NCBI GenBank assembly: GCA_965213865.1
Contig: OZ243928.1
Span: 1,706,945 to 1,770,944, forward strand
Direction: 5' to 3'
From: Arenicellales bacterium
GTDB taxonomy: Bacteria > Pseudomonadota > Gammaproteobacteria > Arenicellales > JAJDZL01
Length of the DNA stretch: 64,000 nucleotides
The position numbers and the translations under genes are program-made. The notes under the pieces were generated by a model that was not told the origin of the DNA, did no database searches, and saw nothing but the letters and a program-made list of their open reading frames with translations. This document shows positions 1 to 10,467 of this stretch, one piece after another. The stretch's first letter is position 1, and each line of letters starts with the position of its first letter.

Positions 1-1
1 C

Positions 2-433
2 ATGGAAACAAGTAAACGCATACGCATATCCTCTGGCTCAATCTTTGAGGAGAAAGTCGGTTACTCACGCGCGATTTGTGATGGACGTTGGATCTTTGTC
101 GCGGGCACGACAGGTTTCAATTACGACACCATGGAAATCTCCGCGAGCGTGACCGATCAGTGTCGCCGGACCCTGGACAACATCGCCAAGGTGCTGATCG
201 AGGCGGGCAGCAGCTTGGATGATGTCGTTCGAGTCAACTATATCTTCCCAGATCCAGACGATTTCAAATCATGCTGGCCGATACTGAGCGAATGCTTCGG
301 TCAGGTACGGCCGGCGTCAACAATGATCAGTGCGAGTCTGGCAGACCCGCGCATGAAAGTTGAGATTGAAGTGACAGCTCTGAGATCGTCTGGGTCGGCT
401 GCATTGCCATCGCGGGCAGATGCTGCCGAATGA
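2..433 (+). CDS. RidA/YjgF/UK114 family protein
   Basis: Motifs VGYSRA, VAGTTG, RPASTMI and KVEIEVTA are typical of the Rid family. Confidence 0.85.
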   Translation: METSKRIRISSGSIFEEKVGYSRAICDGRWIFVAGTTGFNYDTMEISASVTDQCRRTLDNIAKVLIEAGSSLDDVVRVNYIFPDPDDFKSCWPILSECFGQVRPASTMISASLADPRMKVEIEVTALRSSGSAALPSRADAAE

Positions 434-438
434 CCGGA

Positions 439-1071
439 TTACTCAGCAAGAATTTTCTGAGCCAAATATTCGACGACACGAAGGGCTTTTTCTTCAGACT
501 GCACCATGGAAGGGGAAGTTTTATACTTGCCGCCAACAACCAGTGTCGGCACCCCCGTAACCTTGTACTTGGATGCCAGATGGGCGGCCTGCGAGACTTT
601 TGACTGCACTGCGAACGACGTGAGTGTTGCTGCCAGCTTGTCAGCGTCTGTTTCCGCAATCGGCGCTGCCCATTCGACAAATTGATCAAAATTCCGCATG
701 CGGGTTCCATTTATGTGAATTTCGTCATAAAACTTTTGCATCAGCTTGTCTTTCAGATCCAGCAGCTCCATTGCATAGTAGATGTGCGCATGAAAGACCC
801 AGCGGTCGCTGAAGGTGGCAGGAACGTTTTTGAAATCGATCGCTGGCGGAATATCCCAAGCAACAAGATACGGCTCAAATCGAAAGCATGAGGGGCAGGC
901 AAACCAGAAGAACTCCAAAACCTCGACATTGCCGTCTGGCAGCACTTCGGCCTCGCCGGGCAGAACGATATAGTCAACGCCCTCGGTGAAGCTCTGCGCC
1001 TGCGCGGCAGCGCCTCCGGCACCCGCGACGATCAATGCCGCCAGAAAGATTCGTTTCATCATTTTGTTCAT
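439..1071 (-). CDS. dsbA: Thiol:disulfide interchange protein DsbA
   Basis: Signal peptide, VLEFFWFACPSC (CxxC) and the GVP cis-Pro loop. Start moved to the ATG at 1071. Confidence 0.85.
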   Translation of the reverse strand: MNKMMKRIFLAALIVAGAGGAAAQAQSFTEGVDYIVLPGEAEVLPDGNVEVLEFFWFACPSCFRFEPYLVAWDIPPAIDFKNVPATFSDRWVFHAHIYYAMELLDLKDKLMQKFYDEIHINGTRMRNFDQFVEWAAPIAETDADKLAATLTSFAVQSKVSQAAHLASKYKVTGVPTLVVGGKYKTSPSMVQSEEKALRVVEYLAQKILAE

Positions 1072-1114
1072 GTTTTCGCCCATACTGAGATATACAAAAA
1101 TATTTGGAATTTGC

Positions 1115-2470
1115 TCACTGCAGAGCCGCAATGAGTCTTGATCGAAGATTCTCAAAGCCGCCGTTGCTCATTATCAAGATCGAATCGCTTGCAGTCACCT
1201 GCTCAATCAGCGCGTCAAGCAGGCCCGAAACAGAATCGAATACAAAGAAGTTGTCGTCGGCGCGCTCGCTCTCATTCCAGATCACATTCGGGGCACGATA
1301 CATATACACAAAATCTGCCTGTTCGAAGGCTTCAATCAGCTTCTTGCCATGAATTCCCATCCGCATGGTGTTGGAACGCGGTTCAAAGACGGCAAAGACG
1401 CGGCTGGGTTTGGTGTGCTTCGCAATCGCGTCGATACTGGCGCGAATCGCAGTCGGATGGTGTGCGAAATCATCGAAAAGACGACTGCCGCGTCTGGTTT
1501 TGTATTCCTCAAGCCGCCGTTTGACCGGCGTAAATTTTTCCAGCGCCTTGATCGCAGCCTCAAATTTGATGCCGATATGACACGCCGCCGCCACTGCGGC
1601 CAGTGCATTGGCTGCATTATGCTGGCCGGGCACTTGCCATTGAAACGGCAAGGAGCCGTGTACATGCGAGTGAAAGGTCAGCTTTGAGTAATCTTCTGCT
1701 GAGGATTCCGCATACCAGTCTGCGTCGCGGCTGCCGGAGACGCTGAAGCGCGTCGACGGCGTGAATGAGCTTCGGGTGATCACGTCCTGCAGACGCGGGT
1801 CTTCGAAGTTCGATATGATTTGCCCTGTGCTCGGCAGGGTCCGCACCAGGTACTCAAATTGCTTTTCGATCGCTTCTATTGACTCAAAAATATCCGCATG
1901 ATCATACTCAAGGTTCAGCAAAACGGCAATATTCGGCCGATAATGGATGAATTTGGAGCGCTTGTCAAAGTAGGCCGTGTCATATTCGTCTCCTTCGACC
2001 ACAAACCATTCGCCGCCGCCGATGCGTGCGGCGCTTGAATCTCTCAGTACCCCGCCGATCAGGTAGCCGGGGTCATAGCCGGCCTGCGTGAGAATCGAGG
2101 CAATCATGCTGGAGGTTGTCGTTTTTCCGTGCGTGCCTGCGACCGTAATCACGCTGCGGTGCTTGAGTATGTTTTCATACAGCCACTGAGGGCCGGAAGT
2201 GTAGTCAATGCCGAGATCAAGCATAGCATTGACTTCCGGGTTGGAACGGCTGATCGTATTGCCCACTGCAACCATATCGGGCTTCGTTTTCAGATTGTCA
2301 GGATGGTAGCCGGCTGCGATCTTAATGTCCTGCGCCTGCAGCATGTCGCTCATGGGCGGATATGAATTCAAGTCCGAGCCCGTGACACGATAGCCGAGCT
2401 CAGTGGCCAGCAGGGCAAGATTGCCCATGAATGTGCCGCAGATGCCGATGATGTGCAGATGCTGGCTCAC
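1115..2470 (-). CDS. mpl: UDP-N-acetylmuramate:L-alanyl-gamma-D-glutamyl-meso-diaminopimelate ligase
   Basis: HLHIIGICGTFMG, AGTHGKTTT, EGDEYDTAYFDKRSKF, DDFAHHPTAI. GTG start at 2470 overlaps the upstream stop. Confidence 0.92.
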   Translation of the reverse strand: MSQHLHIIGICGTFMGNLALLATELGYRVTGSDLNSYPPMSDMLQAQDIKIAAGYHPDNLKTKPDMVAVGNTISRSNPEVNAMLDLGIDYTSGPQWLYENILKHRSVITVAGTHGKTTTSSMIASILTQAGYDPGYLIGGVLRDSSAARIGGGEWFVVEGDEYDTAYFDKRSKFIHYRPNIAVLLNLEYDHADIFESIEAIEKQFEYLVRTLPSTGQIISNFEDPRLQDVITRSSFTPSTRFSVSGSRDADWYAESSAEDYSKLTFHSHVHGSLPFQWQVPGQHNAANALAAVAAACHIGIKFEAAIKALEKFTPVKRRLEEYKTRRGSRLFDDFAHHPTAIRASIDAIAKHTKPSRVFAVFEPRSNTMRMGIHGKKLIEAFEQADFVYMYRAPNVIWNESERADDNFFVFDSVSGLLDALIEQVTASDSILIMSNGGFENLRSRLIAALQ

Positions 2471-3063
2471 GATTGAATTTGCTGCTCGCTTTCGAGCAGG
2501 CTGCCGGTCCCAGTTAAATCGTTTATAGGAACCAAGGCAAAGACTGTGAACGATGTGAATAGCGCGATACTGAAAGCGACAAAAAAGGCGCGCCCAGTGG
2601 TGGTCTCGATGGCTTCTTTGAAAATAAAAGTGGATGCGCAGAGAATCCAGATGGCAAATGGCAAGATGATGAGCGCCGACCAGAATAGGATTTGCTCCGG
2701 GGTTTGAGCGAAGGCTTGGATAAAACTCACAGGCAAATACGAAAGCAGCCGAATGACGCAGCTGACCCCAAACAGCGCCAGCAATGTCTGCGGCCAGCGG
2801 CTGGCTTTGCCAGCCATGCGCAGCGCCAGCCACACTGCACCCCCATAAATGAGGATTTGCAGTGCGGTGACGTTGATCAGGCTAATGCTTGAATCGCCTT
2901 GGCTGACGAGCAAAGTGATGCCGAATAATGCGAATGCAAACAGTGCAACCAGCCGGGTTGAGGACGGCAGATTTTGTGGCTTGTCCGCAAAAAAAGCAAT
3001 TTTTGCGAGCAGGGTGACCACAGCGGACAGACTTGAGTGGCCGTGGGAACCTGGAAGTCTCAT
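2467..3063 (-). CDS. Hypothetical integral membrane protein
   Basis: 198-aa ORF with several hydrophobic helices; its stop overlaps the mpl start. Confidence 0.65.
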   Translation of the reverse strand: MRLPGSHGHSSLSAVVTLLAKIAFFADKPQNLPSSTRLVALFAFALFGITLLVSQGDSSISLINVTALQILIYGGAVWLALRMAGKASRWPQTLLALFGVSCVIRLLSYLPVSFIQAFAQTPEQILFWSALIILPFAIWILCASTFIFKEAIETTTGRAFFVAFSIALFTSFTVFALVPINDLTGTGSLLESEQQIQS

Positions 3064-3431
3064 GAATGCTGCTTGTTTTTTTGAAATTGGAGGTATTGCA
3101 TGAGCGAGAATAATTGGCGAGCGGCAGCTTCAGCGAAGTGCAGGCGCTCAATTCGAATTGTTGTTTCCTGTGTCGGTCGAATCATTAAAATCCTAGCTGC
3201 AGGCGGACTTGCGCAAATGCCAGATTGACTGCGGTCGCCGAATCAGCCATTTCGATTTCAAGAACAGCTTTCGGGTCAGTCTCAGCGAAGTGCATCGATG
3301 AGCTGAACCGGGGTCTTTTGGATTTCAGATTCGAATTTGCTCAAGTCAGCACTGGTTAAATTATACGCCATACAGCTTGATTTGATCGCCTTGGAAAACG
3401 GGCGCTCAAGTGTTCGCTTGAAGGAATTTCG

Positions 3432-4526
3432 ATGAAAACAATCAGCCAGCCAATCGTTGATCTGTCGCAGTGCCCGCAACTGCTCGCTTCCATGCGCCAA
3501 AGCTCAGCGATTGGCATTGATACTGAGTTTACGCGCATCAAGACCTACAATCCAATTCCTCAGCTGCTGCAGATTGCGACTGATGAAATGGTCGCCGTTG
3601 TGGATGTCGCTCAATGTGCAGACTTGTCCGCGCTCGCCGCCTTGCTGCGCGAGTATCAGCGTGATGTTGTCATCCATAGCACCTTCCAGGATATGGAAAT
3701 ACTCCATCTTCTGCAAGCTTTGCCTGCGAGCATTTTCGACACGCAGGTGGCGGCGCAGCTGTGCGGTCTTGAGCATATGTCATATCGCAAGCTGCTTGAT
3801 GTTCTGCTTGGTGTCAAGATCACAAAAGAGATGACACGTTCTGATTGGAATCAGCGTCCGCTGTCGGATTCGCAGCTGGGCTATGCCTTGGATGACGTTC
3901 GGTATTTGCTGCCCCTGTATCGGAAACTCTCGCGGCAAGTGGAGTCAATGCAGCGTACCGCCTGGATGCGCGAAGAGCAAGAGCTGCTCAAGCAAAGCTT
4001 CGCAGATTCCTTGAGTCCAGATCATGCCTGGATTGGATTCAAGGGTGCGGAACGGCTTTCAGCCGCTGACCAGCATCGCGTTCAGGCATTGCTGTTTTGG
4101 CGGGAAAAGCGCGCTCAGCGGCTTGACCGGCCGCGCCGCTGGATTATGAAAGACCAGCACATCCTGCAGCTCGTCCAGAGCAAGCCTAAAACGAGAGCGC
4201 AGCTGGCTCGCCTGCTGGCTCTTCGTCCCGCAAAAAGACGAGATTGGCTGGATACAGTGCTGACCATTGTCAACAGCAGGCCAATGCCACAGGCGAATGC
4301 TCGCCTTTGGCAATCAGCGCAGCGAATGACCCGCGAGCAGACTCGGCAGACGGATCTGCTCTATGCGAAACTCATTGGCTTGGCGCAGCAGCTGGGTGTT
4401 TCTGAGACGCTGCTTTGCAGTCGCTCGGATTGCAAGGCGATTGTTCGAGGCGTCGGCTCAAGTCGGCTCAACAGGGGCTGGCGCCGAGAAATCTCGCGAG
4501 AACTGATTGCCAAGCTCGAAAGCTGA
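3432..4526 (+). CDS. rnd: Ribonuclease D
   Basis: IGIDTEF, FDTQVAA, SDWNQRPLSDSQLGYALDDV (DEDD exonuclease) followed by an HRDC-like region. Confidence 0.88.
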   Translation: MKTISQPIVDLSQCPQLLASMRQSSAIGIDTEFTRIKTYNPIPQLLQIATDEMVAVVDVAQCADLSALAALLREYQRDVVIHSTFQDMEILHLLQALPASIFDTQVAAQLCGLEHMSYRKLLDVLLGVKITKEMTRSDWNQRPLSDSQLGYALDDVRYLLPLYRKLSRQVESMQRTAWMREEQELLKQSFADSLSPDHAWIGFKGAERLSAADQHRVQALLFWREKRAQRLDRPRRWIMKDQHILQLVQSKPKTRAQLARLLALRPAKRRDWLDTVLTIVNSRPMPQANARLWQSAQRMTREQTRQTDLLYAKLIGLAQQLGVSETLLCSRSDCKAIVRGVGSSRLNRGWRREISRELIAKLES

Positions 4527-4562
4527 TCACCGCCTGTGCGATCAGTTTTTGGCAAGCGCCTT

Positions 4563-6083
4563 TCAGGCGATCTCGACTGGGAATTCAGAGATAATTTTTT
4601 TCCATTTCGCAGGTCCGGTCTGATGAACGGATGTGCCGGCGCTGTCAACGGCGACTGTCGCCGGCATATCTTCGATCTCGAATTCATAAATCGCCTCCAT
4701 GCCGAGATCCTCAAAAGCAATCACCCGTGCAGATCGTATTGCCTTGGAGACCAGGTAGGCGGCTCCGCCCACTGCGATCAGGTAGACGGCGCCATGGCGC
4801 TGGATCGCTGAGACCGCTGCCGGTCCGCGCTCTGCCTTGCCGATCATGCCAATCAGCCCGGTCTCGGCAATCAATCGATCGGTATACATGTCCATGCGGG
4901 TGGCGGTGGTCGGCCCAGCCGGCCCGACCGCCTCGCTGCCGACTGCATCGACCGGACCCACATAGTAGATAAAGCGATTGCGCAGATCAACGCCGTGCGG
5001 CAGCGGCTCGCCGCGATCGAAACACTCAATCATGCGTTTATGGGCTGCATCTCGGCCGGTGAGAATTTTTCCCGAAATGAGCAGGCGCTCTCCAGCCTTC
5101 CAATCGCGCACATCTGCAGGTGCAAGTGTATCCAGATTGACCCGCCGGGCGCTTGAATTGTCTCTGACGATCTGCGGCCATGCGGCCAAAGATGGCAGCG
5201 GCAGCTCTGCCGGCCCGCTCCCGTCAAGGGTAAAGTGAATGTGCCGGGTGGCAGCGCAGTTCGGAATCAGCCCGATCGGCAATGAGGCTGCGTGGGTCGG
5301 GTACTGTTTTATTTTTACATCAAGTACGGTCGTCAGTCCGCCCAGTCCTTGCGCACCGATCCCCAGCCGGTTGATTTTTTCGTACAGCTCAAGGCGCAGC
5401 TCCTCAATCGGCGATTGCGGCCCGCTTGACTCAATGCGCTGGATATCGATCGGATCCATGAGGGATTCCTTGGCAAGCACGACGGCTTTTTCGGGTGAGC
5501 CGCCGATCCCCAGCCCCAGGATCCCCGGCGGGCACCAGCCGGCGCCCAGTTTGGGCATCGTCTCGAGTACCCAGTCAGCCAGATTCTGGCCAGGATTCAA
5601 AATCCCCAGCTTTGTTTTGTTTTCCGACCCGCCGCCTTTTGCTGCGACAGTGATGTCAACCTGATCGCCAGCCACCAATTCGGTATGCACGACTGCAGGC
5701 GAATTGTCACTGGTGTTTTTGCGTTGGCCCCAAGGCGGGCTCACGACCGAGGCGCGCAATGGATTGTCGGGATTCAGATAGGCTCGCCGTACGCCTTCAT
5801 CAATCATTTCTTGCAGTGTGACATGGGTGTTCCAGCGTACGTTCATGCCCACTTTTGCGAAGACTACGACGATACCGGTATCCTGGCAGATCGGCCGACG
5901 GCCTTCGGCCGACATTCTTGAGTTGATCAAAATTTGCGCGATCGCGTCTTTGGCGGCCGCTGACTGCTCACGCTCGTAGGCTCGGCTCATCGCTGCAACG
6001 AAGTCTGCACTGTGGTAGTACGAGATATGCTGCAAGCTGTCGGCGATGCTTTGAATCAGATGCTCGCGCTCAATGGTTGCCAT
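4563..6083 (-). CDS. Class I (Fe-S) fumarate hydratase
   Basis: ICQDTG, AKGGGSEN, GWCPP, TGRDAAH, GPTTATRMD. Start moved to the ATG at 6083. Confidence 0.9.
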   Translation of the reverse strand: MATIEREHLIQSIADSLQHISYYHSADFVAAMSRAYEREQSAAAKDAIAQILINSRMSAEGRRPICQDTGIVVVFAKVGMNVRWNTHVTLQEMIDEGVRRAYLNPDNPLRASVVSPPWGQRKNTSDNSPAVVHTELVAGDQVDITVAAKGGGSENKTKLGILNPGQNLADWVLETMPKLGAGWCPPGILGLGIGGSPEKAVVLAKESLMDPIDIQRIESSGPQSPIEELRLELYEKINRLGIGAQGLGGLTTVLDVKIKQYPTHAASLPIGLIPNCAATRHIHFTLDGSGPAELPLPSLAAWPQIVRDNSSARRVNLDTLAPADVRDWKAGERLLISGKILTGRDAAHKRMIECFDRGEPLPHGVDLRNRFIYYVGPVDAVGSEAVGPAGPTTATRMDMYTDRLIAETGLIGMIGKAERGPAAVSAIQRHGAVYLIAVGGAAYLVSKAIRSARVIAFEDLGMEAIYEFEIEDMPATVAVDSAGTSVHQTGPAKWKKIISEFPVEIA

Positions 6084-6129
6084 TGCTGCTAATGACCGTT
6101 TGCACAGATACGCATGATGCCCGCGCTGA

Positions 6130-7920
6130 TTATGCGGTGTCGAGGCGTCGGCAGAACGCTTCGCAGATGGCCTCGAAGCGCCGTCGAAGGGCCTGGCACT
6201 GCTCGGCGGGGACAGGTCCGATGGTGCACAGATTTGCCAGCGACTGTCGGGTCCGGGCATCTTCGCCCGCCTGACCGGGCTTTTGTCTGTGGCTGAGTGA
6301 TGCGGTAAGGCGATCAACTTTATGCTGCATGCGGGCTTGCGCGAATTCCGGCGGTGACTCCAATTCGAAGAGAGCCTCAAGTTCCAGACACAGATTCAGC
6401 TTGAGCTCAAGATTCTTTTTTTCGCACTCATCGGGCGCCGGTCCATTGGAATAGCGCTGGCAGGCGGCATCAAAGCGAAGCTGCATGGCAGCTTCGAATT
6501 CTCCGCAGTCATGACTCATTGCCTGCCAGTTTTTTTGCAAGCCTTCCAGCTTGAGTGATGCATCTGGCACCCTGGCTTGAGCCTCGATTTGATCGCATAG
6601 CATCGCTTTTTTTGCCAGTACTGACAAGGTTGACTTGAAGTCAATATTTTGTACCAGTCGGCACCTTTGCCTGAATTTGGCAAATTCCTCATCGAATTTG
6701 TTGTCGACAGTCCGCTGGACACTGCTGCTCGGGGTTCTAGTGCGTGTGTACTGCTGGTGAACTTCTACTGCTCGTGATTCGGAATATTTGGCTTTTTCGA
6801 TTGGCAAAGCGTTAATGGATCTCAATTCGCTGAGCAGCTGCTTTTTGATCTCAATGCTTTCCTTGCGTTTTGCATCTTGCTCGCGGCGCCGCTCAAACGG
6901 CCTGTCGCAAGCAGTTTTAAATTCGTCCCATAGAATCTTTTCCTGTGCTTTTTTTGCCCGAACATTCACGGTGTTCCATTCCTGCTGATACTTTTTTACC
7001 CGCTCGGTGGCAATTTTGATCGGCAATTCCTCACAGGCGATCGCCTGTTGAATCAGCTGCCGTCGAAATTCAATGCCGCGTTCGCGCTCTTTTGAGATGT
7101 AAGGCTGATAGAGAGCCAAGACGGTGTCAAAGCGCGTTTTGGTTGACTTCCAGTCTTTCTTATTGAGCGGCACAGCAAGCTTCCATTGCTTGCGCGCTTC
7201 GCGGATGGCTTTGGTTATGGCCGGCCAGTCCGGATGACTCCAGTCGATGGTCTGAAACAATTCTTCCAGAGAGATGCAAATGGCTTTTCTTGTTTTTTTG
7301 TTTCGTTTCCGTTGTTTTTTCTGTTCCTTGAAGTGTTCCTTGCAAGGCGCATAGGCGATTTCGTAGGCGCTGTCGAAACGCTCGCGCAAACTGCGGTTCG
7401 GAAAGTCACCTGCCTTGTTCCAGTGATCCCATTGCTTCCTGATCGCATTCAGGCAGTCGGCTAAGGATTTTGGCTCTCCTTTGAAATCTTTAAGTTTTTC
7501 AAGCTGCTCAATCAGGTCATTGCGAGCATTGTCTGTACTCCAATGCCGCCATTGCTTGAGCTCACGGATTTTTTTCTCGATTTGCTTGAGGTCCTTGAGT
7601 ATTTTCAGATTTGCCTTGGCATCATCCAAAACCGCGATTTTTGACTGACAGCGCTCATAGATTGAAATGCATTTTCTCAACTGTCCCTGCGCCAGCTGCG
7701 TATTGAGCTGACGAATCAAGTCGTCTATTTCTGCGTGCAGATCCTCAGGTGTGTCAGGGGCTGCATCAGTGCCGCTTGTTGCAGGTGCGCCAGCATTCGA
7801 GGACTTTATATGCGAGTCGCTTTCGGCATCCGATGCGGGTCCGCTGGCGCAATCTGATTCCAAGCTCGAATGGCTCGCTGCAGTGTCTTTTTCAAGTGAC
7901 TCTGTGTTGCTCATGACCAT
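6130..7920 (-). CDS. DUF349-like helical repeat protein
   Basis: Long charged helical protein with repeated W..RF..A...(K/R) units (ELKQWRHW, LWDEFKTACDRPFERR). Confidence 0.65.
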   Translation of the reverse strand: MVMSNTESLEKDTAASHSSLESDCASGPASDAESDSHIKSSNAGAPATSGTDAAPDTPEDLHAEIDDLIRQLNTQLAQGQLRKCISIYERCQSKIAVLDDAKANLKILKDLKQIEKKIRELKQWRHWSTDNARNDLIEQLEKLKDFKGEPKSLADCLNAIRKQWDHWNKAGDFPNRSLRERFDSAYEIAYAPCKEHFKEQKKQRKRNKKTRKAICISLEELFQTIDWSHPDWPAITKAIREARKQWKLAVPLNKKDWKSTKTRFDTVLALYQPYISKERERGIEFRRQLIQQAIACEELPIKIATERVKKYQQEWNTVNVRAKKAQEKILWDEFKTACDRPFERRREQDAKRKESIEIKKQLLSELRSINALPIEKAKYSESRAVEVHQQYTRTRTPSSSVQRTVDNKFDEEFAKFRQRCRLVQNIDFKSTLSVLAKKAMLCDQIEAQARVPDASLKLEGLQKNWQAMSHDCGEFEAAMQLRFDAACQRYSNGPAPDECEKKNLELKLNLCLELEALFELESPPEFAQARMQHKVDRLTASLSHRQKPGQAGEDARTRQSLANLCTIGPVPAEQCQALRRRFEAICEAFCRRLDTA

Positions 7921-8227
7921 GCTGCTAGCGCCGGCCTGCTGTCAAGACTGTGGGCGAATCCGCGCAAAAATATCGGAACTGACGGATTGCGGTCATCGAT
8001 TTATTCCAAAGATAACATGCATTTATTCGGATTCATGCCGACGCATGGCGTGAATCAGCCGCACCGCAGCATTCCCCCGCTGAGCCTGCCTTAGACTGAC
8101 AGTCAAAGGTGCGTTTGTGATTTTAAAAGGCAATCTGAAGCGCACTCTCCTCAAGCGAGGAGCCAGCGAAAGCGCGATTATAGTGATGTTCAGCTCGCCT
8201 GAGCGAAAAAGATCGATTGCAAATCGG

Positions 8228-9451
8228 TCAGAGGATGTTTCGTACTGCCTCTATGCGCGAAGTGCGGATTTTCTCGACCAGCGCGGAGCCCGTATGCGTC
8301 TTTGCCAGGCCAGCGGCATCGATAGCGCGCATTGCATCTTTGCAGCGATGCAGCCTGTTGACCAGCCTTTCGATGTCAGGATGGCCGCTTGCAGCGAGAA
8401 TCAGGACGCAGGCTTGCGTAAAATCCGTAAACTGCCGGGCGTCTCGCAAGCCATTCAAAGCCAGCACCAGCGTCACAATCGTCTCAGCATCCGCTTGATC
8501 CAGTTGCGCGATGTCATTGAGATGCTTGAACAGATTGACACAGAATCTGCAGATTGCCGCCGGCACTCTAAGGCGTTTGCATAACTGCGCGACTGCCTGG
8601 GAATCGGGTGTCTGCGGCGATCCGAGATTCGAATCTGCAATACGGAACTCTGCGTCTTTGTGCATCGCAGAGACGGCTAGAAACCCGAAACGAATAGCCA
8701 GTTTCGCAGTTTGCTGTGACAGACGCTTAAAACGCAGCATCGTCTCAGTTTCTGCAGGAGCATCGCGGTTTTCAAACAATCTGTCAAATTCGGGAATCAG
8801 CTCAGCGAGTGATCCGCAACGGTGCAGCACAATGAAAAACTGTTCCGGTGCATCACCGATCAATGCCTTTCGAACTTCCAGCCACACCCGCTCTGGCGCC
8901 AGATAGCGCAGCTCGCCGCTTGCGGCAATGGCTTTCATGATCTGCATTGTCGAATCAGCGATGCTGAATCCGAGTCGGTGGTATCGTGCGGCAAAGCGAG
9001 CGACACGCAACACTCGCAGCGGGTCTTCAACGAAATGTTTGGATACGTGCCGCAAGACTTTGCCGCGCAGATCGGCCTGTCCGCCAAACGGATCAATCAA
9101 TTGGCCGTCATGCGTCATGGCCATTGCATTGATTGTCAAATCACGCCGAAAAAGATCGTCCTCCAAGGTAATGTCTGGAGAGGCGTCCACTTCAAAGCCT
9201 TTGTAGCCGGGCCCCTTTTTGACTTCTGTTCGAGCCAGCGCCCACTCTTCATGAGTGTGTGGATGCAAATAAACCGGGAAATCCTTGCCGACTGGCCTGA
9301 ATCCAAGCAACTGCATTGTCTCGGGGCTTTCGCCGACAACGACATGATCATGCTCGGTGACCGTCAGACCTAGCAGCCGGTCGCGCACTGCACCGCCAAC
9401 CAGATAATGGTCAAGGTCCTCGATTGTTTTTTTGGCTTGTGCTCGCTTCAT
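8228..9451 (-). CDS. cca: CCA-adding tRNA nucleotidyltransferase (HD domain degenerate)
   Basis: YLVGGAVRD, GKDFPVYLHP, LEDDLFRRDLTINAMA, EDPLRVLRVARF. Confidence 0.9.
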   Translation of the reverse strand: MKRAQAKKTIEDLDHYLVGGAVRDRLLGLTVTEHDHVVVGESPETMQLLGFRPVGKDFPVYLHPHTHEEWALARTEVKKGPGYKGFEVDASPDITLEDDLFRRDLTINAMAMTHDGQLIDPFGGQADLRGKVLRHVSKHFVEDPLRVLRVARFAARYHRLGFSIADSTMQIMKAIAASGELRYLAPERVWLEVRKALIGDAPEQFFIVLHRCGSLAELIPEFDRLFENRDAPAETETMLRFKRLSQQTAKLAIRFGFLAVSAMHKDAEFRIADSNLGSPQTPDSQAVAQLCKRLRVPAAICRFCVNLFKHLNDIAQLDQADAETIVTLVLALNGLRDARQFTDFTQACVLILAASGHPDIERLVNRLHRCKDAMRAIDAAGLAKTHTGSALVEKIRTSRIEAVRNIL

Positions 9452-9476
9452 CGATAAAGCGATTCGGAAGAGGGAA

Positions 9477-10439
9477 TCAGCGTCGTGCCTCGGCTCGATA
9501 AGCGTTGAATCGATCTTTCTGGGGCGACAGCCAGATTTTTGCAGTCGCCTCAAATTCAGATTTTTGGTTGCCGAAAGGGGCTGGAAAATTCCCGTTGCTT
9601 ACATTGGGCACTGAAAGTGACCTGATATTGTCAGGCGTAAGCGGCTGGCTGGGAACAAATTGCAGGAATTGAGCCATCAGCATAGAAAGCGAGCTGTTCA
9701 GGCCGATGATGCGATGGCTGCCGCCGGTCAGTCGGGAGATTATGCTGAGAATCTCACGCATCGAAAAACGCTGCGGGCCAGCCACATCGCAGATTTGACA
9801 CTCCAGATCGCGCTGAGCGGCTGCGTACGCAATGCACTGCACCAGGTCATCTACATAGACTGGCTGCATCATTGCGTCCGGGCAAGGTGCGACAAAAATT
9901 CCTTTTGCCAGTCTCAGCAGCTGCTCGAAACGCCGAGTGAACGAATCATCCGCGCCAAAAATGATCGAAGGGCGAAGCACGATGCTGCTCAAGCCGCGAT
10001 CACCCGCATCAAGAACTGCGTTTTCCCCCAGCGCCTTGGAGCGCAAATAGGCGCTCGCAGATGTGACGCTCGCTCCGATCGCGCTGATATGAATGAGCCG
10101 GCGCGCCTTTTTTGCAAGACAGGCCTGTGCAATCTCATCCGGCAGTTTTGCGTGGACTTGCTTAAATGCGACCTTCCTGGACGGGTTCAAAATTCCGACC
10201 AGATTGATGACTGTGTCACCGCTTGAAATGACTGCACTGATGGAGGCCTGAGTCAGTGTTTTGTCCTCAATCAGCCTTACGCCTGGGATCACCTGCAGAT
10301 CGCGGTGCCGATGGGGCCGCCTTGTCACCACGCTGATCATCCACTGCTGTCGACTCAACTGCTTGATCAGATGCTTGCCGACAAACCCGGCGCCGCCGAA
10401 AATGACTGCATGGCCGGGGGTGAGCTGTGCAAATTTCAT
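9477..10439 (-). CDS. Complex I NDUFA9-family NAD-dependent epimerase/SDR
   Basis: GGAGFVG Rossmann motif, YLRSK and RPSIIFG. Start uncertain (10439 or 10478). Confidence 0.8.
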   Translation of the reverse strand: MKFAQLTPGHAVIFGGAGFVGKHLIKQLSRQQWMISVVTRRPHRHRDLQVIPGVRLIEDKTLTQASISAVISSGDTVINLVGILNPSRKVAFKQVHAKLPDEIAQACLAKKARRLIHISAIGASVTSASAYLRSKALGENAVLDAGDRGLSSIVLRPSIIFGADDSFTRRFEQLLRLAKGIFVAPCPDAMMQPVYVDDLVQCIAYAAAQRDLECQICDVAGPQRFSMREILSIISRLTGGSHRIIGLNSSLSMLMAQFLQFVPSQPLTPDNIRSLSVPNVSNGNFPAPFGNQKSEFEATAKIWLSPQKDRFNAYRAEARR

Positions 10440-10467
10440 CGAGTTCATTGATGCGGCGAAAAAGGAG

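Noticed and set aside
3130-3294. 13-bp direct repeat TCAGCGAAGTGCA at 3130 and 3282, with short minus-strand ORFs
   Set aside because: Only two copies, no recognisable element or protein between them; could be chance or a small relic.
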